DNA of 64,000 nt, taken from assembly GCA_964016885.1 (NCBI GenBank), contig OZ024741.1:201810001-201874000 (forward strand). Direction: 5' to 3'. The position numbers and the translations under genes are program-made. This DNA comes from Eledone cirrhosa (lineage: Eukaryota). The notes beneath the pieces are model-generated. The model was not told where the DNA came from and searched no databases. It was given only the letters and a program-made list of their open reading frames with translations. Shown in pieces: positions 50,781 through 64,000 of the stretch. Positions within the stretch are counted from its first letter, which is position 1; each line of letters starts with the position of its first letter.

Positions 50781-52760
50781 TTAAAGAACCATTTCAGGAT
50801 ATTTGAAGCTATATGCTTAGTATAAGGTGAATTAAACTATGTGGTGAGCCTTTTACGGTTAAACTACTAACTAAAGTTGAGGTGTAATTATCTAATGGCT
50901 GTAAGTTGTGTGAGGGAAAACAGAAATTCAATTCATTATTGTTGCTATGAGAATCGTTATTTAGGGATATCAATATTTAGGGATATCAAGGAACTTACTA
51001 GAGATATTATGAATTTGTGTTGAATTTGAAAGTTTATGCTGTATCATACCTTTCCTTCTCGCCTTATTTAAATACTTATACTTATGGTTCACATCTCTAT
51101 TGTTGTTGACGTATAAACGATCTTTCATACTTACACTAACCCTATTAATCTTAATAGATGGAGTATTGACATGGTCAATAGTTTTATTGTTTCAATCATC
51201 TAGGTTTGATTCTATATCAAGGCCATACTTATTCAATACTACTATTTCAATAACACAATCAAAATGTGTTCCCACACTTTTTTAGCACTAAACCAATATA
51301 TATACTGCTAGTATATATAATGCTAGTATGTGTAGTCCGTATATTGATATTATACGCAAGTATATATATACATGTAGATATGATACGTTATATTTTTTCC
51401 ATTCATCCTTACTGAAATATGCGTTAGAAGAATAGTGTTATAATTATCTATGTGATGGGTGGACTGGCAGTATTGGTAAATTATCAGACAACATGCTTTG
51501 CACACATAGAAGTTACTGCTAGCTCTCACTGCGTGCACAACCATGTGTTGCCATCTGTTGGCGTGCTACAGTCTAGTCCAGAAACGTTTTGATACCACCT
51601 TGTATATATCTACCAATTCACTAAATTGGCAGAGATGTTGCAGAGTAGGAGAAAATCATTTGTGGCATCTGTTCTGGCTTTTTACATTTCTACACTCTGA
51701 TTTAAAATCCTGCCAACATCAACTTTGTTTTTCCTCCTTTTGTGGGGATGGGGCAGTAAAATAAGCAACAACCCAGAGCAGTGAGTTAGAAAATGTTTTA
51801 GAGCATTGGACAAAATGCTATGTTATATTTGCTCTGGTTCTTTGCATTTAGAGTTAAAATCCCACTGTAGCCTATGTGAGTTGTAAAATTTAATATGTCA
51901 CCTAGTTTAACCCCATATTCGAGATTTTTATCTAAATAATATTGATTTATCATTTTGGCTTAACTACTCAGATTTAATCATTGATTTAATTGACTAAATT
52001 GACATTTATTTGTTCGTAATTCATTGATCTTCAAATGATGGTAGTTAAAAACAAAACAGTAACTAAATCCTTTGAACTACTTATTCTGACCATCTATAGT
52101 ATATTCCAACATAGAGCTTTCACATTAACATTTGTAGTGAACAGCTGTATACTCATTAAACCTGGCCTATATTAAATTATATCACTTAGGATGTTATAAA
52201 GACCTTGCAAGATCATAAAGATCCAATTGGTATGTTCAATGTTCAAAAGCCTATGAAGTAGAATAGACTAAACTGGTTTGGTTACCTGCAGTGCACAAGT
52301 GAGGTCAGAAGGTAAAAATAATGTTCAGTTTTCATGCCCTCTCATTGAACCAAAGAAATGCTGGAAGGGCACAATGCTAGTATCTCAATATCAAAGTTGG
52401 GTTGGTATGCAACTGAGAAATCAGAAGTAAGATGTGAACATTAGATCTTGTTGATACCATACATGAATGAGGAGGTAATATTAAATGAAAAATTGAAGTA
52501 GTAGCAACAGAATATGTATGTGGTAAAAGGAAGTATCCTAGTTGGATTGTTTATCGATATAGACGTGAGGGAAGGTCCCTCGTCTATTTACCATTTTTTG
52601 TAAGTGAGAATTATAACAAGTGAGTGTGTGTGTACGTAAACAAGACAATAACCACAACGAGAGTTATATTCAACAAATGTAAATAATGGTGATGTTTACT
52701 TTGTTTATATGTATTTATTATATTACAAATGAAACATACCAAATATATACGTGATCCAGA

Positions 52761-54350
52761 TGTGGTGAAGGGAAGTATTACAATTACAAAGGTATTGTGG
52801 TGTTTGCTGTTCCCGATGGCTGTTTATCGTTTCGTGGTACAGAGGCTGTTTTCTGTGGCATGTATACCGTCTGCTTTCCCCTGGCTGTCTGCTTTCCTCG
52901 GGTGTTCTCAACCAGGGGGAGACAACTAGGCCTGGTCCATTATCCGCCAGGGGGCGTAAAGGCGTCTTACTACAGTACTCCCTGCCAGATTTTCAAATCA
53001 TCGAAAATCGATTTTATTACTCACACGTGGAGTAAGATGGCGAACAATGCAACAGGGGGAGCTATTTGCTCTACCAATCGTTGAATCCAGAATAAGGATT
53101 TGAAAAATGTTAAAAAAAAAAAATCTGCATGCATAAAAAAAGGGCAAAGAAAAAGCAGAAACACAGAAGCAAAAAAAAATGGTGCAGCTAACACAGTCTA
53201 AATATAGACGGTGCTACAAGATTTTTTGGGCCAGTGGACCCTACGACCTGAACGGGTCGTGGTCTTGTAAGGTGGCGATGGTGGTGGTGTAGGGACAGGC
53301 GATGATGGTGGTTCAGGAACAGGCGTTCGCTCAACAGGCAAATACGAAGGGGTTCGTGGATCAGGAACCACAGCGTCCGTGTCAAGGTGTGCCTGCTTAA
53401 GCCTGTCTATTGTAACTGTCTCCCTGGACCCTTTAATATCTAAAGTGAAATGCTTAGCCGAGCGCGCTAAGACACGGTAAGGTCCAGTGTAAGGCTGTGT
53501 GAGCGGGGGCTTCACAGAATCTTTCCTTACAAAGACATGCGTCCACGAGGCAACATCCCTCGGGACAGCAGTCTTGACAGTTTGTTTCCATTGGCGGCAA
53601 ATCCTGGAAATAGGAGCGCAAACGGGATACGTAGGAAGCGTGATCTTGGGCATTAAGATTGATAGGGGCAAGCATTTGCTCGGGCAACGTCAGAGGGGCA
53701 CCGTACAGTAATTCGGCCGGTGAAAATCCAAAGTCGACTTTCACCGTTGACCGAATCCCTAGTAGCACAATCGGGAGGTACTCGATCCAATGCGCCGAGT
53801 CCATTGAGGCCATTAAGGAGGCCTTCAGTTGTCGGTGAAAACGCTCCACCATACCATTCGAAGCGGGATGGTACGCCGTAGTTCTGATGCGTTTAGCACC
53901 AATTAATTTTGACAGTTCGAGGAAAAGGCTCGACTCGAACTGTCGTCCACGGTCGGTAGTTACTGTGGATGGAACTCCATAACGAGAGATCCATCCAGAC
54001 ACAAGAGCACGCGCTGTTGTCTCAGCGGTGATGTTTTTCAAGGGGATGGCTTCAGGCCATCTCGAAAAACGGTCAATTATGGTCAGCAGATAAGAATAAC
54101 CATCGCTGACAGGCCAAGGTCCCACTATATCAATATGAATGTGCGAAAAACGCGCATCTGGGTTAGTAAAGGTACCCAGGGGAGCCTTGACGTGTCGATG
54201 GACCTTTGGTTTCTGGCAAGCGACGCAGAAACGGCACCAAGCTGCAATTTCACGCCTCATATTTGGCCAGAAAAATCTAGCTGATATGAGCTTTGCTGTG
54301 GCAGAACATCCTGGATGCGAGAAACCATGTAATGCCAGAAACACGGTCCG
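52761..54350 (-). mobile_element. Gypsy LTR retrotransposon 3' part (integrase, purine tract, 3' LTR)
   Basis: HGFSH..CVAC zinc motif, [30 protein letters not shown]; purine tract ggcagggag before a candidate TG..CA LTR at 52974-52761. Confidence 0.88.
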
Positions 54351-54690
54351 ACGATTATTCGTCTGTCCCCTCTCTATCTATCTCTCTACATCCATTACAC
54401 TCTCTCTCTCTCGCCTTTGGCCTAACTCCCTCCCTCTCCACATCTATGAACCTGCCCTCTGGGGCAATAAATAATTCCGACCTTAATTATCAACGCATCT
54501 CTCCAAAAGTAACCAGTATAATAAAACCCCTACCATAACATTTTGATTAAGATATCTACAAACCACTCTCTCCTATTTCTCCAACCCCTGCATATCTTTC
54601 TCTCTCTCTCCCTCTCCCCTACTTTTCTCTCTTCCTTTTCTACTCTATCTTCTTCAACAAGGGTATTTACATTGTACATTTTAACCATTC

Positions 54691-54802
54691 TGCTCTGAGG
54701 ATACAGTGGTCACAGCATTGGATATTTGAGTTCTGCAAATAGTTGTAAATTTGCACATAGCATAACTAGGCTGTAGTACCACCATGGAAACATTTGTAAG
54801 CA
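54691..54802 (+). ncRNA. Probable type I hammerhead ribozyme with very long stem II
   Basis: TGCT-CTGAGGA-..GTGGT.ACAGC...GCTGT..ACCAC..-GAA-ACATTTGT-A^-AGCA, in a Penelope-like 3' remnant (about 54350-55000). Confidence 0.55.
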
Positions 54803-54994
54803 CACGGAATAAATTACCTTTTTATGATGTCTACCTGTTATTATTCATTCTTTATATACACTCCGGAATACAGAAGGATCAGGAACTAAGTTTCTTCAAC
54901 AATTCTTCCATAACTCGTAGAGAAACCTCTCACCGTACGTCAACCATGTCCAGTGTAGTAATTAACCATTACTACATCTAAGATAATCCTATAC

Positions 54995-55047
<53 letters not shown>

Positions 55048-55165
55048 TAGTTAAACCAGAATGAGTTTTACAGTAGATTGGAAGCACTCTACAAAAAATA
55101 ATTTTCCAGAGTTATTAATATTAATATATAAATATTAATAAAAAAGATGTTCTTTTGATCAATTA

Positions 55166-55220
55166 CATTTTATTATACATATTTCGGATGTACAACAGTA
55201 CGTCCTCATCAGACAAAATA
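55166..55220 (-). ncRNA. Type I hammerhead ribozyme
   Basis: Minus strand: TATTTTGT-CTGATGA-GGA C GTAC tgtt GTAC A TCC-GAA-ATATGTAT-A^-ATAAAATG. Confidence 0.85.
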
Positions 55221-55562
55221 TAATGATACATGACATACCCTGAGATGTTAAATGGTTAAGATTTAATCAAGGTAGTAATTAACCAAAGAGAAAATTTAAC
55301 ATTTATACCCTAATAATGAGAAAATGCGAAAACGTAATAAATTCAATAGAGAAAGTGCGAGTAAATTGTATCATACATCTTAATATCTCTATAACTGTTA
55401 CATTAAGCAACGTTTTTCTTACTCGCACTTTCTCTATTGAATTTATTACGTTTTCGCATTTTCTCATTATTAGGGTATAAATGTTAAATTTTCTCTTTAG
55501 TTAATCACTACCTTGATTAAATCTTAACCATTTAACATCTCAGGGTATGTCATGTATCATTA

Positions 55563-55617
55563 TATTTTGTCTAATGAGGACGTACTGTTGTACATCCGAA
55601 ATATGTATAATAAAATG
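55563..55617 (+). ncRNA. Hammerhead copy with G5A core mutation (likely inactive)
   Basis: Mirror of 55166-55220, but the core reads CTAATGA. Confidence 0.7.
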
Positions 55618-55672
55618 TAATTGATCAAAAGAACATCTATTTTATTAATATTTATATATTAATATATATATA

Positions 55673-55729
<57 letters not shown>

Positions 55730-56612
55730 CCAAAGCGTAGTATGGTTCGTTGATTACTCAATGAATACAATTTTAGATTAGAAACACTCAACAGTTAAGT
55801 TTTTCTGGAGTTTTTAATATTATTCAAAATATTAACAAATGAAAAATATTCTCATAATAAAAATTATATATATTTCAAAGGTACTGTGTTGTTTTTTCAG
55901 TACGTCCTCATCAGATAAAATATATGATTTGATATATGACATATATGATTTGATATTGTTAACATTCTGAATAATATTAAAAACTCCAGGAAAACCCTCT
56001 ATTGAGTGCTTCTAATCTATTGTGAAACTGTAGTCGTTGAGTAATCAACGAACCATATTAATCTTTTGTCTAGAAATATCGGGTGCCAGGAGATGAAGGG
56101 GGCCCACCAACATAGAGAATGCTATCATTTAATTTTGATTTTGAAAGTAGGTTTATAATTATTAATTTTCCTTATACTTTTGTAGCTGTCTCGGTGGCCT
56201 ACTTGGGGAATCATAGACGGTGGTGATCCTGATCTGAAATTCGATCCTGATCGGGAGTAGGGTTCCCGGTAAACCTTTTCAGTCTTTTTTTTCTATGGGA
56301 TGCAAAATAAAAACTGAACCCAAGACTAGGATCTCCACCGTTTCTAGTACCTACCACTAGGCTACTGAGACAACTACGAAAATCTATTGAAAATTCATAC
56401 TTTCAAAATTTTCAAAACAAATTGGTGTGATGTTAACTAAATGCTTTGCTTAATTGTTTTATTTATTTAAAAAAAAAATAAAACAATTAAGCAAAGCATT
56501 TATTTTATCCTTTCTCTTAGACTTCAGGTAATTTTTTAAAGCTAAGCATTGGCCCCTAAAATACTAGTGGGCTCTGCAATGCTACCCCTGGGCAACCTGG
56601 CAACCTGGACAG

Positions 56613-56781
<169 letters not shown>

Positions 56782-56803
56782 CATATATATGTATATATAT
56801 ATA

Positions 56804-57895
56804 TCATTATCTATAAAAGGCAGATGGTTGTTGTTGTGTGTGTGTTCCATGTTTATAGATTTGCACAATTTCAAACCGATTCGACTCAAAGTCTGTAAGA
56901 ATGTTGTAAATAGGTCAACGACTATTTATTTCATTCAAACTCACCCACAATTACGGAAATAATCGATAAAACTAAATACATGACGCTTTTCCCCTCTAAT
57001 ACAATCTGATTTACTCTCTCTACTCCCCTTCAAATTCGATAAAACTACATACATGCTTACAAACTTCCTTTAGGAACGCCGAAGAGAGAGAGAAGGGAGT
57101 GAGAGGGAGAGAGAGAGAGAACGTTTGTTTTTGAATGTGGAATGGTCAAACATTTTTTACTTCAATAACAAAGAGAACTTATTACATTTCATACGAAACA
57201 ACAATTATTCAAAAGCAACAGATAAATGTATTCAACAACAACAAAAATAGCGATAAATCTTTTTTAAAACCACTCAACGAACGTGGAAGAAAGAAGTATC
57301 AGTTTATTTACTATACACAATAATATTCTCTATGAGGTCACTAAACCTGCTAGAAACAGCAGCTAACTCTCCCCCATATCACACACCTCCCTTCTGTCTT
57401 AAATTTAGAAACATATCCTCTATGAGGTCAATAAACCTGCTAGAAACAGCAGCTAACTCTCCCCCATATCACACCACTCCCTACTGTCTTAAATTTAGAA
57501 AACGCATATCCTCTATGAGGTCACTAAACCTGCTAGAAACAGCAGCTAACTCTCTCCCATATCACACCCCTCCCTACTGTCTTAAATTTAGAAAACACAC
57601 ATTAGACAACCATGCAGAACAACTCCATCGCAGCTCTGTTGTTCGGCTGGCATCGTCTACGCGCGTGTTGCGCAAGTACTGTGAAACAATAAATTTCAAC
57701 ACTTCTTTGCACAGAGATAATATCCATAGGCGAAACTACAATTGTCACTGCTGGCGCAGCTCCTGCTTCGGCAGTCCAGGTCTGCAATTCATTTACCCAA
57801 TGCCTGGCAGACAAAAAAGTGGTGCCATAAAATGGATGGTGCAACCTAACTTTCATAACTTACTGACCCCGAGCAACGCCGGGCTTTAATGCTAG
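56804..57895 (+). mobile_element. Non-autonomous Helitron, complete
   Basis: A|TC 5' end, 3' hairpin cccgagcaacgccggg plus CTAG|T; inserted in (TA)n; internal tandem repeat of about 91 bp x3 (57325-57600). Confidence 0.82.
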
Positions 57896-57897
57896 TA

Positions 57898-58014
<117 letters not shown>

Positions 58015-58113
58015 ATAATAATAAATTTGAAGACTAAAATCCAAACAGGGCTCGATAAGGTTTCAGAAGATCCCGTTAAGGATTTTTTGCTTAAACTTTA
58101 ATCTGTTATTTTA

Positions 58114-58154
<41 letters not shown>

Positions 58155-58182
58155 AACAAAAGATGGTTAAAAGAGTTCCATG

Positions 58183-58253
58183 TATTTTATTATGCGCATT
58201 TCAAAAACAAATATCATCATGCAATAATATTTGTGTTTTCATCAGATAAAATA
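58183..58253 (-). ncRNA. Hammerhead (copy of 620-686)
   Basis: Same core; stem I extends to a perfect 8 bp here. Confidence 0.8.
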
Positions 58254-58554
58254 GGAAGACATGATATGAAGGTTAAAAAACACTTGTGGATAGTGCAGTT
58301 TTAAATCAACATATCAGTTTTAAATCAACATATCTATTTATTTTTTTTTTTCTCTCTCTCCTTTTCTTTCTCTCTCCTCTCTCTCTCTGTTTTTTCTTTA
58401 CCTCCGTTTCTTTTTTCTCTCCGTCTTTTTTCTAAATGTGCTTAACACTATAGCTAAATAATTATAAACACATCAATATCCAGACAGCTTCCTAATATAA
58501 CGGTCGCTTATAATATGGTACGTCAAAATTATTTATAAAACTGTTTATATATTG

Positions 58555-58620
58555 TATTTTATCTGACGAAGGCATGCCATATTTTTAATATGGTATCCCT
58601 GAAATATGTATAATGAAATA
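58555..58620 (+). ncRNA. Hammerhead (copy of 997-1062)
   Basis: Identical motif. Confidence 0.85.
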
Positions 58621-58757
58621 AATATGGTTTTATAAATATAGTTTCCATTTGTTTAATATCGTATATATATTCCCCACCACCACCCCACTCTCCAGAGCGT
58701 GAAATTAATAAACATTCGTTGTACTGCCTCTCTGTTTTGTTCCTGTTCAAATTTTCC

Positions 58758-58913
<156 letters not shown>

Positions 58914-59374
58914 TAATATATATATTAGTCAATGAGTAGTCTCCCTTAGAGTAAAAGGTCTTGGTAGTATCGTTAGAACGTCGGTCCCAAAATGTTTTCT
59001 AACCATTTAATTACGTACAATTCTATTCCGAGTTCATATCCCCCGCGAGATGAACTTTGCATTTCCTCCTTCCTGGGGTTCAATATAATTGCTGGTATGG
59101 TGCCTATGTTATGTTACGTTCCACCACCCAATCGTTGTCTTGTTAATGTGACAACATACATCACATACGATTCTATAATCCAATGGCCGATAACTGATCA
59201 ATACTTTAGTGAATTGTTGCACTTGTTAACTTATTTATGTCTAGTGATAGATCACATTATGTGTATATTGGCTATAAAATTGCATGGAGACTATTATATA
59301 TATAAGGCTTCAAGAACATCGTTTTTGTCTGTTCTCTCGTCTTGGATTGCCTCGAGAACGTAACGTTATTAAGT

Positions 59375-59453
59375 AAGCTGTCTGATGAGATCATGGCACT
59401 GGTTAGGCAGAATCGCGTAGTCGCTGTCATCACTGAAATATGTATCACAGGCT
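59375..59453 (+). ncRNA. Hammerhead (copy of 1713-1791)
   Basis: Same core with a few stem substitutions. Confidence 0.62.
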
Positions 59454-59880
59454 CATGAATAAAGGACTTTAACATCTGAAACTAATTTGCATTTTCTTAT
59501 TCTATATATCATCATCATCGTTTGACGTCTATCTTCCACGCTAGCATGGGTTAGACAGGAATTGTCCCACTTGAGGCAAGATTGATCGGGTAACTGTGTC
59601 TCGCTCGTATATCTGGCAGGTTTTCTTCCTAATCCTAACCACATTTACAGTGTGGACTGGGAGCCTTTTTACCGTGTTTCCTACACGGCCACTTTACAGC
59701 AAGCTTTTTTGTCGTGACACCTACACAACCTCTTTAGTTTGGACTGAATGTTCTGTGGTATCAATATAACTTTACAGAGAAAGGGTGATGTTGGTGGAGT
59801 GGGAGAATGGAGTAGGGGTAGTGAGTTGGATTGTATATTTGGTTAAGAGGTGCCTACTGACTTTAGGTTTAACTTTGTAC

Positions 59881-59942
<62 letters not shown>

Positions 59943-60478
59943 CCTGGGTTCAATCGGGGGTAACCACAGTAAGTAAAGTACTCAATATATAGTAGAGTAA
60001 TTATTTAAAAAAAAGTTTTATAATGTATATAAAGTATATAAAGTATTACCGGTTTCGATGTATTATTAAAATTCATCTTATCAAATGTTGAGTATTGAAA
60101 TAAAAAATTAAAAAGAATTAATAGGAGTTAAAAACTAAAAATTAAAGATTTAAAATTAAAATCAAATGTTGGAGTAAGTTTTTTTCCCATCTTTCTTGCT
60201 CAAAATTTGGCTGGAGAATAAGTTCTTGTTAATAGAGAGAGGTGGTAGTGAAGATTGCAGAAACTATGTTTCTTCACAGAACAAAGTTGTTATTTTGGGG
60301 CAAAAGAAACATCCTGTAAATATGTGTGTGTATATCTGATTGTGTTAATTGACTGGTCAAGAGTTCAAAAGGGGATAGGAAATTGTAAGCTAGAGGTAAA
60401 TTCTATGGCAGCAGCAGTAGTGTAAGAGAAATTCTCTCTCCCCCCTCTCTCTCTCTCTCCCTCTCTCTCTCTCTCTCT

Positions 60479-60539
<61 letters not shown>

Positions 60540-60628
60540 GTGTGTGTGTGTGTATTTCTATATATATATATATATTTGTCTATCTATCTATCTATCTATC
60601 TATCTGTCAATCTATTTATCTATCTATT

Positions 60629-60675
<47 letters not shown>

Positions 60676-60698
60676 GGGGTTACACAACAGTTAGTTCA

Positions 60699-60748
60699 CC
60701 ATACCGAGAACAATTGTTTCACCTTAGCGGATCCTCAGCTCGTAATGG
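60699..60748 (-). ncRNA. Minimal hammerhead (copy of 3141-3190)
   Basis: Identical motif. Confidence 0.72.
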
Positions 60749-61062
60749 GCATGGTTATACGGAACAGGAAGGACAACCGTACGAACGCGCATGCGCAGAA
60801 ACCCGTCACTTCACACAGGCAATACTAAAATGCGTGCGAGAGGTGTAAGGGAGATAACTGCGAAAGTCCGAAATGTAAGAAAAAATATTGATGTTGTTAC
60901 AATAATTCATTCAATCCGGAGCCTTGTAGTTATGCAATAGGTGTTTCGAGACGTGTGGACAACGTGTGAAAAATTCATTTCTCGTGTTTAGGCAATCACT
61001 ATTGCAATAGTGATTGCCTAAACACGAGAAATGAATTTATGTTGTGGTAGCGGTGTTGTGGT

Positions 61063-63262
61063 GAGAGTTACTATGCATCTATTACCTTACCGCTCCTTAC
61101 GGCCGCTTTGGACTTTGCCAAAACACTCACACCCATCACCGACGAGGAGAGAAATATAATTCTCCATGCCAGGAAGGCAGTCCTACTTTTCGACAACTCC
61201 AAGTGGATAAAGAGAGCTCTCGACCCCCCCCCCCCCCTTCGACGTCAGTATGGGCGCGACCGATTCGGCCGAGGTCACCGATCTTATAGGATTATTCCTA
61301 CTATTTAAACTCATCAAAATGTTTCCTGCATTCAGTGGTGGATTGTACCGAGACGATGGGCTCCTTACCCTCAAAGGGTACAACCCCAGTAGTACAGACC
61401 GAGTCCGTAAACAACTAATCAACTTCTTCCGGGACTGGGGATTTAAAATCACCCTACAAACGTCCCTAACCCGAGGCAATTTCCTGGACGTTACACTCAT
61501 CCTTGAAAATGATCTGTACTACCCATACAGGAAACCAAACGACAACCTGCACTACATCCACCGCCGCTTTAACCATCCTAGAAGCATCACCAATAACCTG
61601 GTTAAAAACATCTCCTTCCGCATATCTCATTTGTCCGCTAATGAGCAGATATTAGACGAACATGCGCTTCATTACAACCAGGCCCTCAAGCGAAGCGGCT
61701 TCCAGGAGGAAATATCCTTTTATCCAGCTTCCCTTAGTGGAACCAGCAGGCGACGCCGCCGCTCACGCCACATAACGTGGTTCAACCCTCCCCACAATGC
61801 CGAGGTGGCAACACCTATCGGGAAAATCTTCTTTAGGCTCCTCGAAACACTTCCCATCACAACACCGCTACCACAACATAATCAACAAAAACACTATCAA
61901 ACACTCCTACAGCACCACACCCAACTTCACACAAAAACAACGTGTCTTGTCTTCAAACAACAAAAAACTCAACCCCTATGGAAGAAACAACCTAGACATT
62001 AGTGGAGAGCCGACCAGGAGGTGTAACTGCCCTGGTAGATCTACGTGCCCCCTCAACAACAGATGCTGAGAACGTAACGTGATTTACCAGTGCAAGGTGA
62101 GGATGGACACCTCCAACAAAGCTTATATAGGATTAACCGCTTGTGACTTTAAGACCCGGCTCTACCAACACCAACATACGTTCAGAAACCCGGTCCGGCG
62201 ACATGCCACTACACTTTCGGGCTACATCTGGGACCTCCAAGATAATAAAATAACATACAATCTTACTTGGAGCTTACTGTCCAGGGCTAACTCATACACG
62301 GGAGGACGCCATCCGTGTAACTTATGCTCATAGGAAACATTACAAATGCTGTTTACGAAGGACCAACTCCTAAACAAAAAAGACGAACTGGTAACTGCAT
62401 GCAAACACCGATTGCATAGGACTTACCTCACCCTCAAACCCCCTAACGACCCGGGTGAGTAGACAATGGCTGAAACATCCCACTTGCCGAATAAGATAGG
62501 GGAAACCCCAGCTTACATAGGTAGATGTTCCTCTTTTCTTTTCCTCTCTGTTTTCTTCTTCCCTTTGCCTCCTCCTATCAGAGATTTTGTATTACTTTTT
62601 GCTACCCAATTCTATAATTTCAAAAATTCTTACTTAGTATCTCCTATTCTCAACTTATTAACCAATTCTATAGAAGTGGCCGAAAAAGCAACACCAACTA
62701 AATATAGCAGCTGTTTTAGACTTCACAGTTTTTGTTTTTTATCACTTCTTACTATCCAATTTTATATTTTTATATATCTTTCGTTTATTTTTTTATTGTC
62801 TCCAAATCTCAATTGATTTACCTATTCTATAACGTCCCTCCTCTATTTTCTCCAGAACCCTTTTCGCCTACTTCCTCTGACCTACTTTCATACACAATCC
62901 TTAGGTTTGACTGTATAGATTTCACTTTCAACACTTGACCGGCTCCACCCACTCCCTCATTACTCTACAGGCAAGTTCAGCCACCCCCACCACCCACCCA
63001 CTGCCATGATAGACTTAACTGTGTTTACAAGAAATCTTGACCAATCCTCTTGACAACTACAATCTTCCCATATAAGGAAGTACCCCTTGAAAAGTTTGGC
63101 TATTTATATACCAGACTAAAAATTCTAATTTAGTTCAGAAATAGCCGTCGAAACGGCTTGAGCTGTGCCGTCGGGGTCATACATTTTCCTATTACCCACT
63201 CTACAACCCTAAGTATTGAGTACTCTGGTACGTTATGTCCATCTGGTTCCTTACCACAACTC
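61063..63262 (+). mobile_element. Penelope-like element (copy of 3516-5710)
   Basis: Same RT and GIY-YIG (IYQCKV..AYIGLT) with fewer lesions than copy A. Confidence 0.92.
63082..63177 (+). ncRNA. Hammerhead U3-A8 variant (copy of 5530-5625)
   Basis: Identical motif. Confidence 0.7.
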
Positions 63263-63269
63263 CTTCGTT

Positions 63270-63301
<32 letters not shown>

Positions 63302-63553
63302 ACACTTACATATACACATATAGTTACACATATATATACACATATATATACATATATATACACATATATATACACACATATATATACACATATATATACA
63401 CACACATATAGTCATACATATACACACACATACAGTCACACATACACACATAGACACATAATCACACATATAGTCATACAATAACAGTAATAACAGCAAC
63501 AATAATATCAGCAACAGTAACAACAACAACAATTGTAATAATTCTGAAAATAT

Positions 63554-64000
63554 TTATCTCTCATAATGAATAAAACCAAAATGTTGATTTGTTGCAATAT
63601 GTCCAAAAATTTTGATATTTTTTTCAGAAAGTAGGAGACCATTAACACGGTAGACTTCAATATCTTTATCACTGAGGATTAATTGTAAGTTACTGTCTAC
63701 AGATACTTGGTAAATATTGTTAGTGTCATCTCCTGATGATATTTTGCTTCTTGTTGTTGATATATAAATATTTTCACCATGTGTTGTGAGATAAGATATG
63801 TTATATATATCATATATTGGTGGTGGTATTTCTAATCTCCTGACCAACTGTTGTTTTCTGTACCAATTGATATAACGGTACCATCTCCCCATTATTGCCT
63901 CTAATGTGACAACAACAATGTGTTCATTTGATGTGACACCAATTGCTGAGACTGCCTCCATCTCCATCTTCTCCATCTCATTTTCTCTAAAACACACTTC
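63554..64000 (-). CDS. 3' end of a second copy of the beta-propeller gene (runs off the window)
   Basis: Translation matches the C-terminus of the 1675-aa ORF (CFRENEMEK...GFIHYER). Confidence 0.85.
   Translation of the reverse strand, partial: EVCFRENEMEKMEMEAVSAIGVTSNEHIVVVTLEAIMGRWYRYINWYRKQQLVRRLEIPPPIYDIYNISYLTTHGENIYISTTRSKISSGDDTNNIYQVSVDSNLQLILSDKDIEVYRVNGLLLSEKNIKIFGHIATNQHFGFIHYER

Larger units (their letters stand above)
55113..55670. repeat. About 250-bp inverted repeat (55113-55364, 55419-55670) carrying hammerheads
   Basis: Arms are near-exact reverse complements around a 54-bp spacer. Confidence 0.92.

Noticed and set aside
48780-51280. Possible decayed protein-coding sequence between RTE fragments
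   Set aside because: Many stops in all frames and no recognisable motif; would need blastx.
52520-52727. Possible solo LTR (TG..CA); also an LTR-like stretch at about 14000-14220
   Set aside because: No matching TSD or partner copy visible.

Overview
AT-rich, microsatellite-dense eukaryotic (animal) genomic DNA, not prokaryotic. The tRNA-derived SINE family and the RTE, Penelope and (TA)n landscape suggest a cephalopod (Octopus-like); this taxon call is an inference. Main contents: (1) an intact 5-kb single-ORF gene on the minus strand (5969-10996) encoding about six tandem NHL/TRIM-type beta-propeller units; (2) a Helentron/Helitron2-type rolling-circle transposon reading frame (33547-40269; DUF6570-like region, HUH Rep, PIF1 helicase) ending in a USP/peptidase-C19 deubiquitinase domain with intact catalytic residues and broken by one in-frame TAA; (3) a near-identical duplication of 1-6415 at 57620-64000 (period about 57.6 kb); (4) about 15 type-I hammerhead ribozyme motifs, folded by eye, associated with Penelope pseudo-LTR fragments next to (TA)n tracts; (5) many decayed mobile elements (Penelope, RTE, CRE-like, CR1-like, Gypsy, DD37D Tc1/mariner, non-autonomous Helitron, MITEs, SINEs) and minisatellites. 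All calls come from manual motif reading; no database searches were run.
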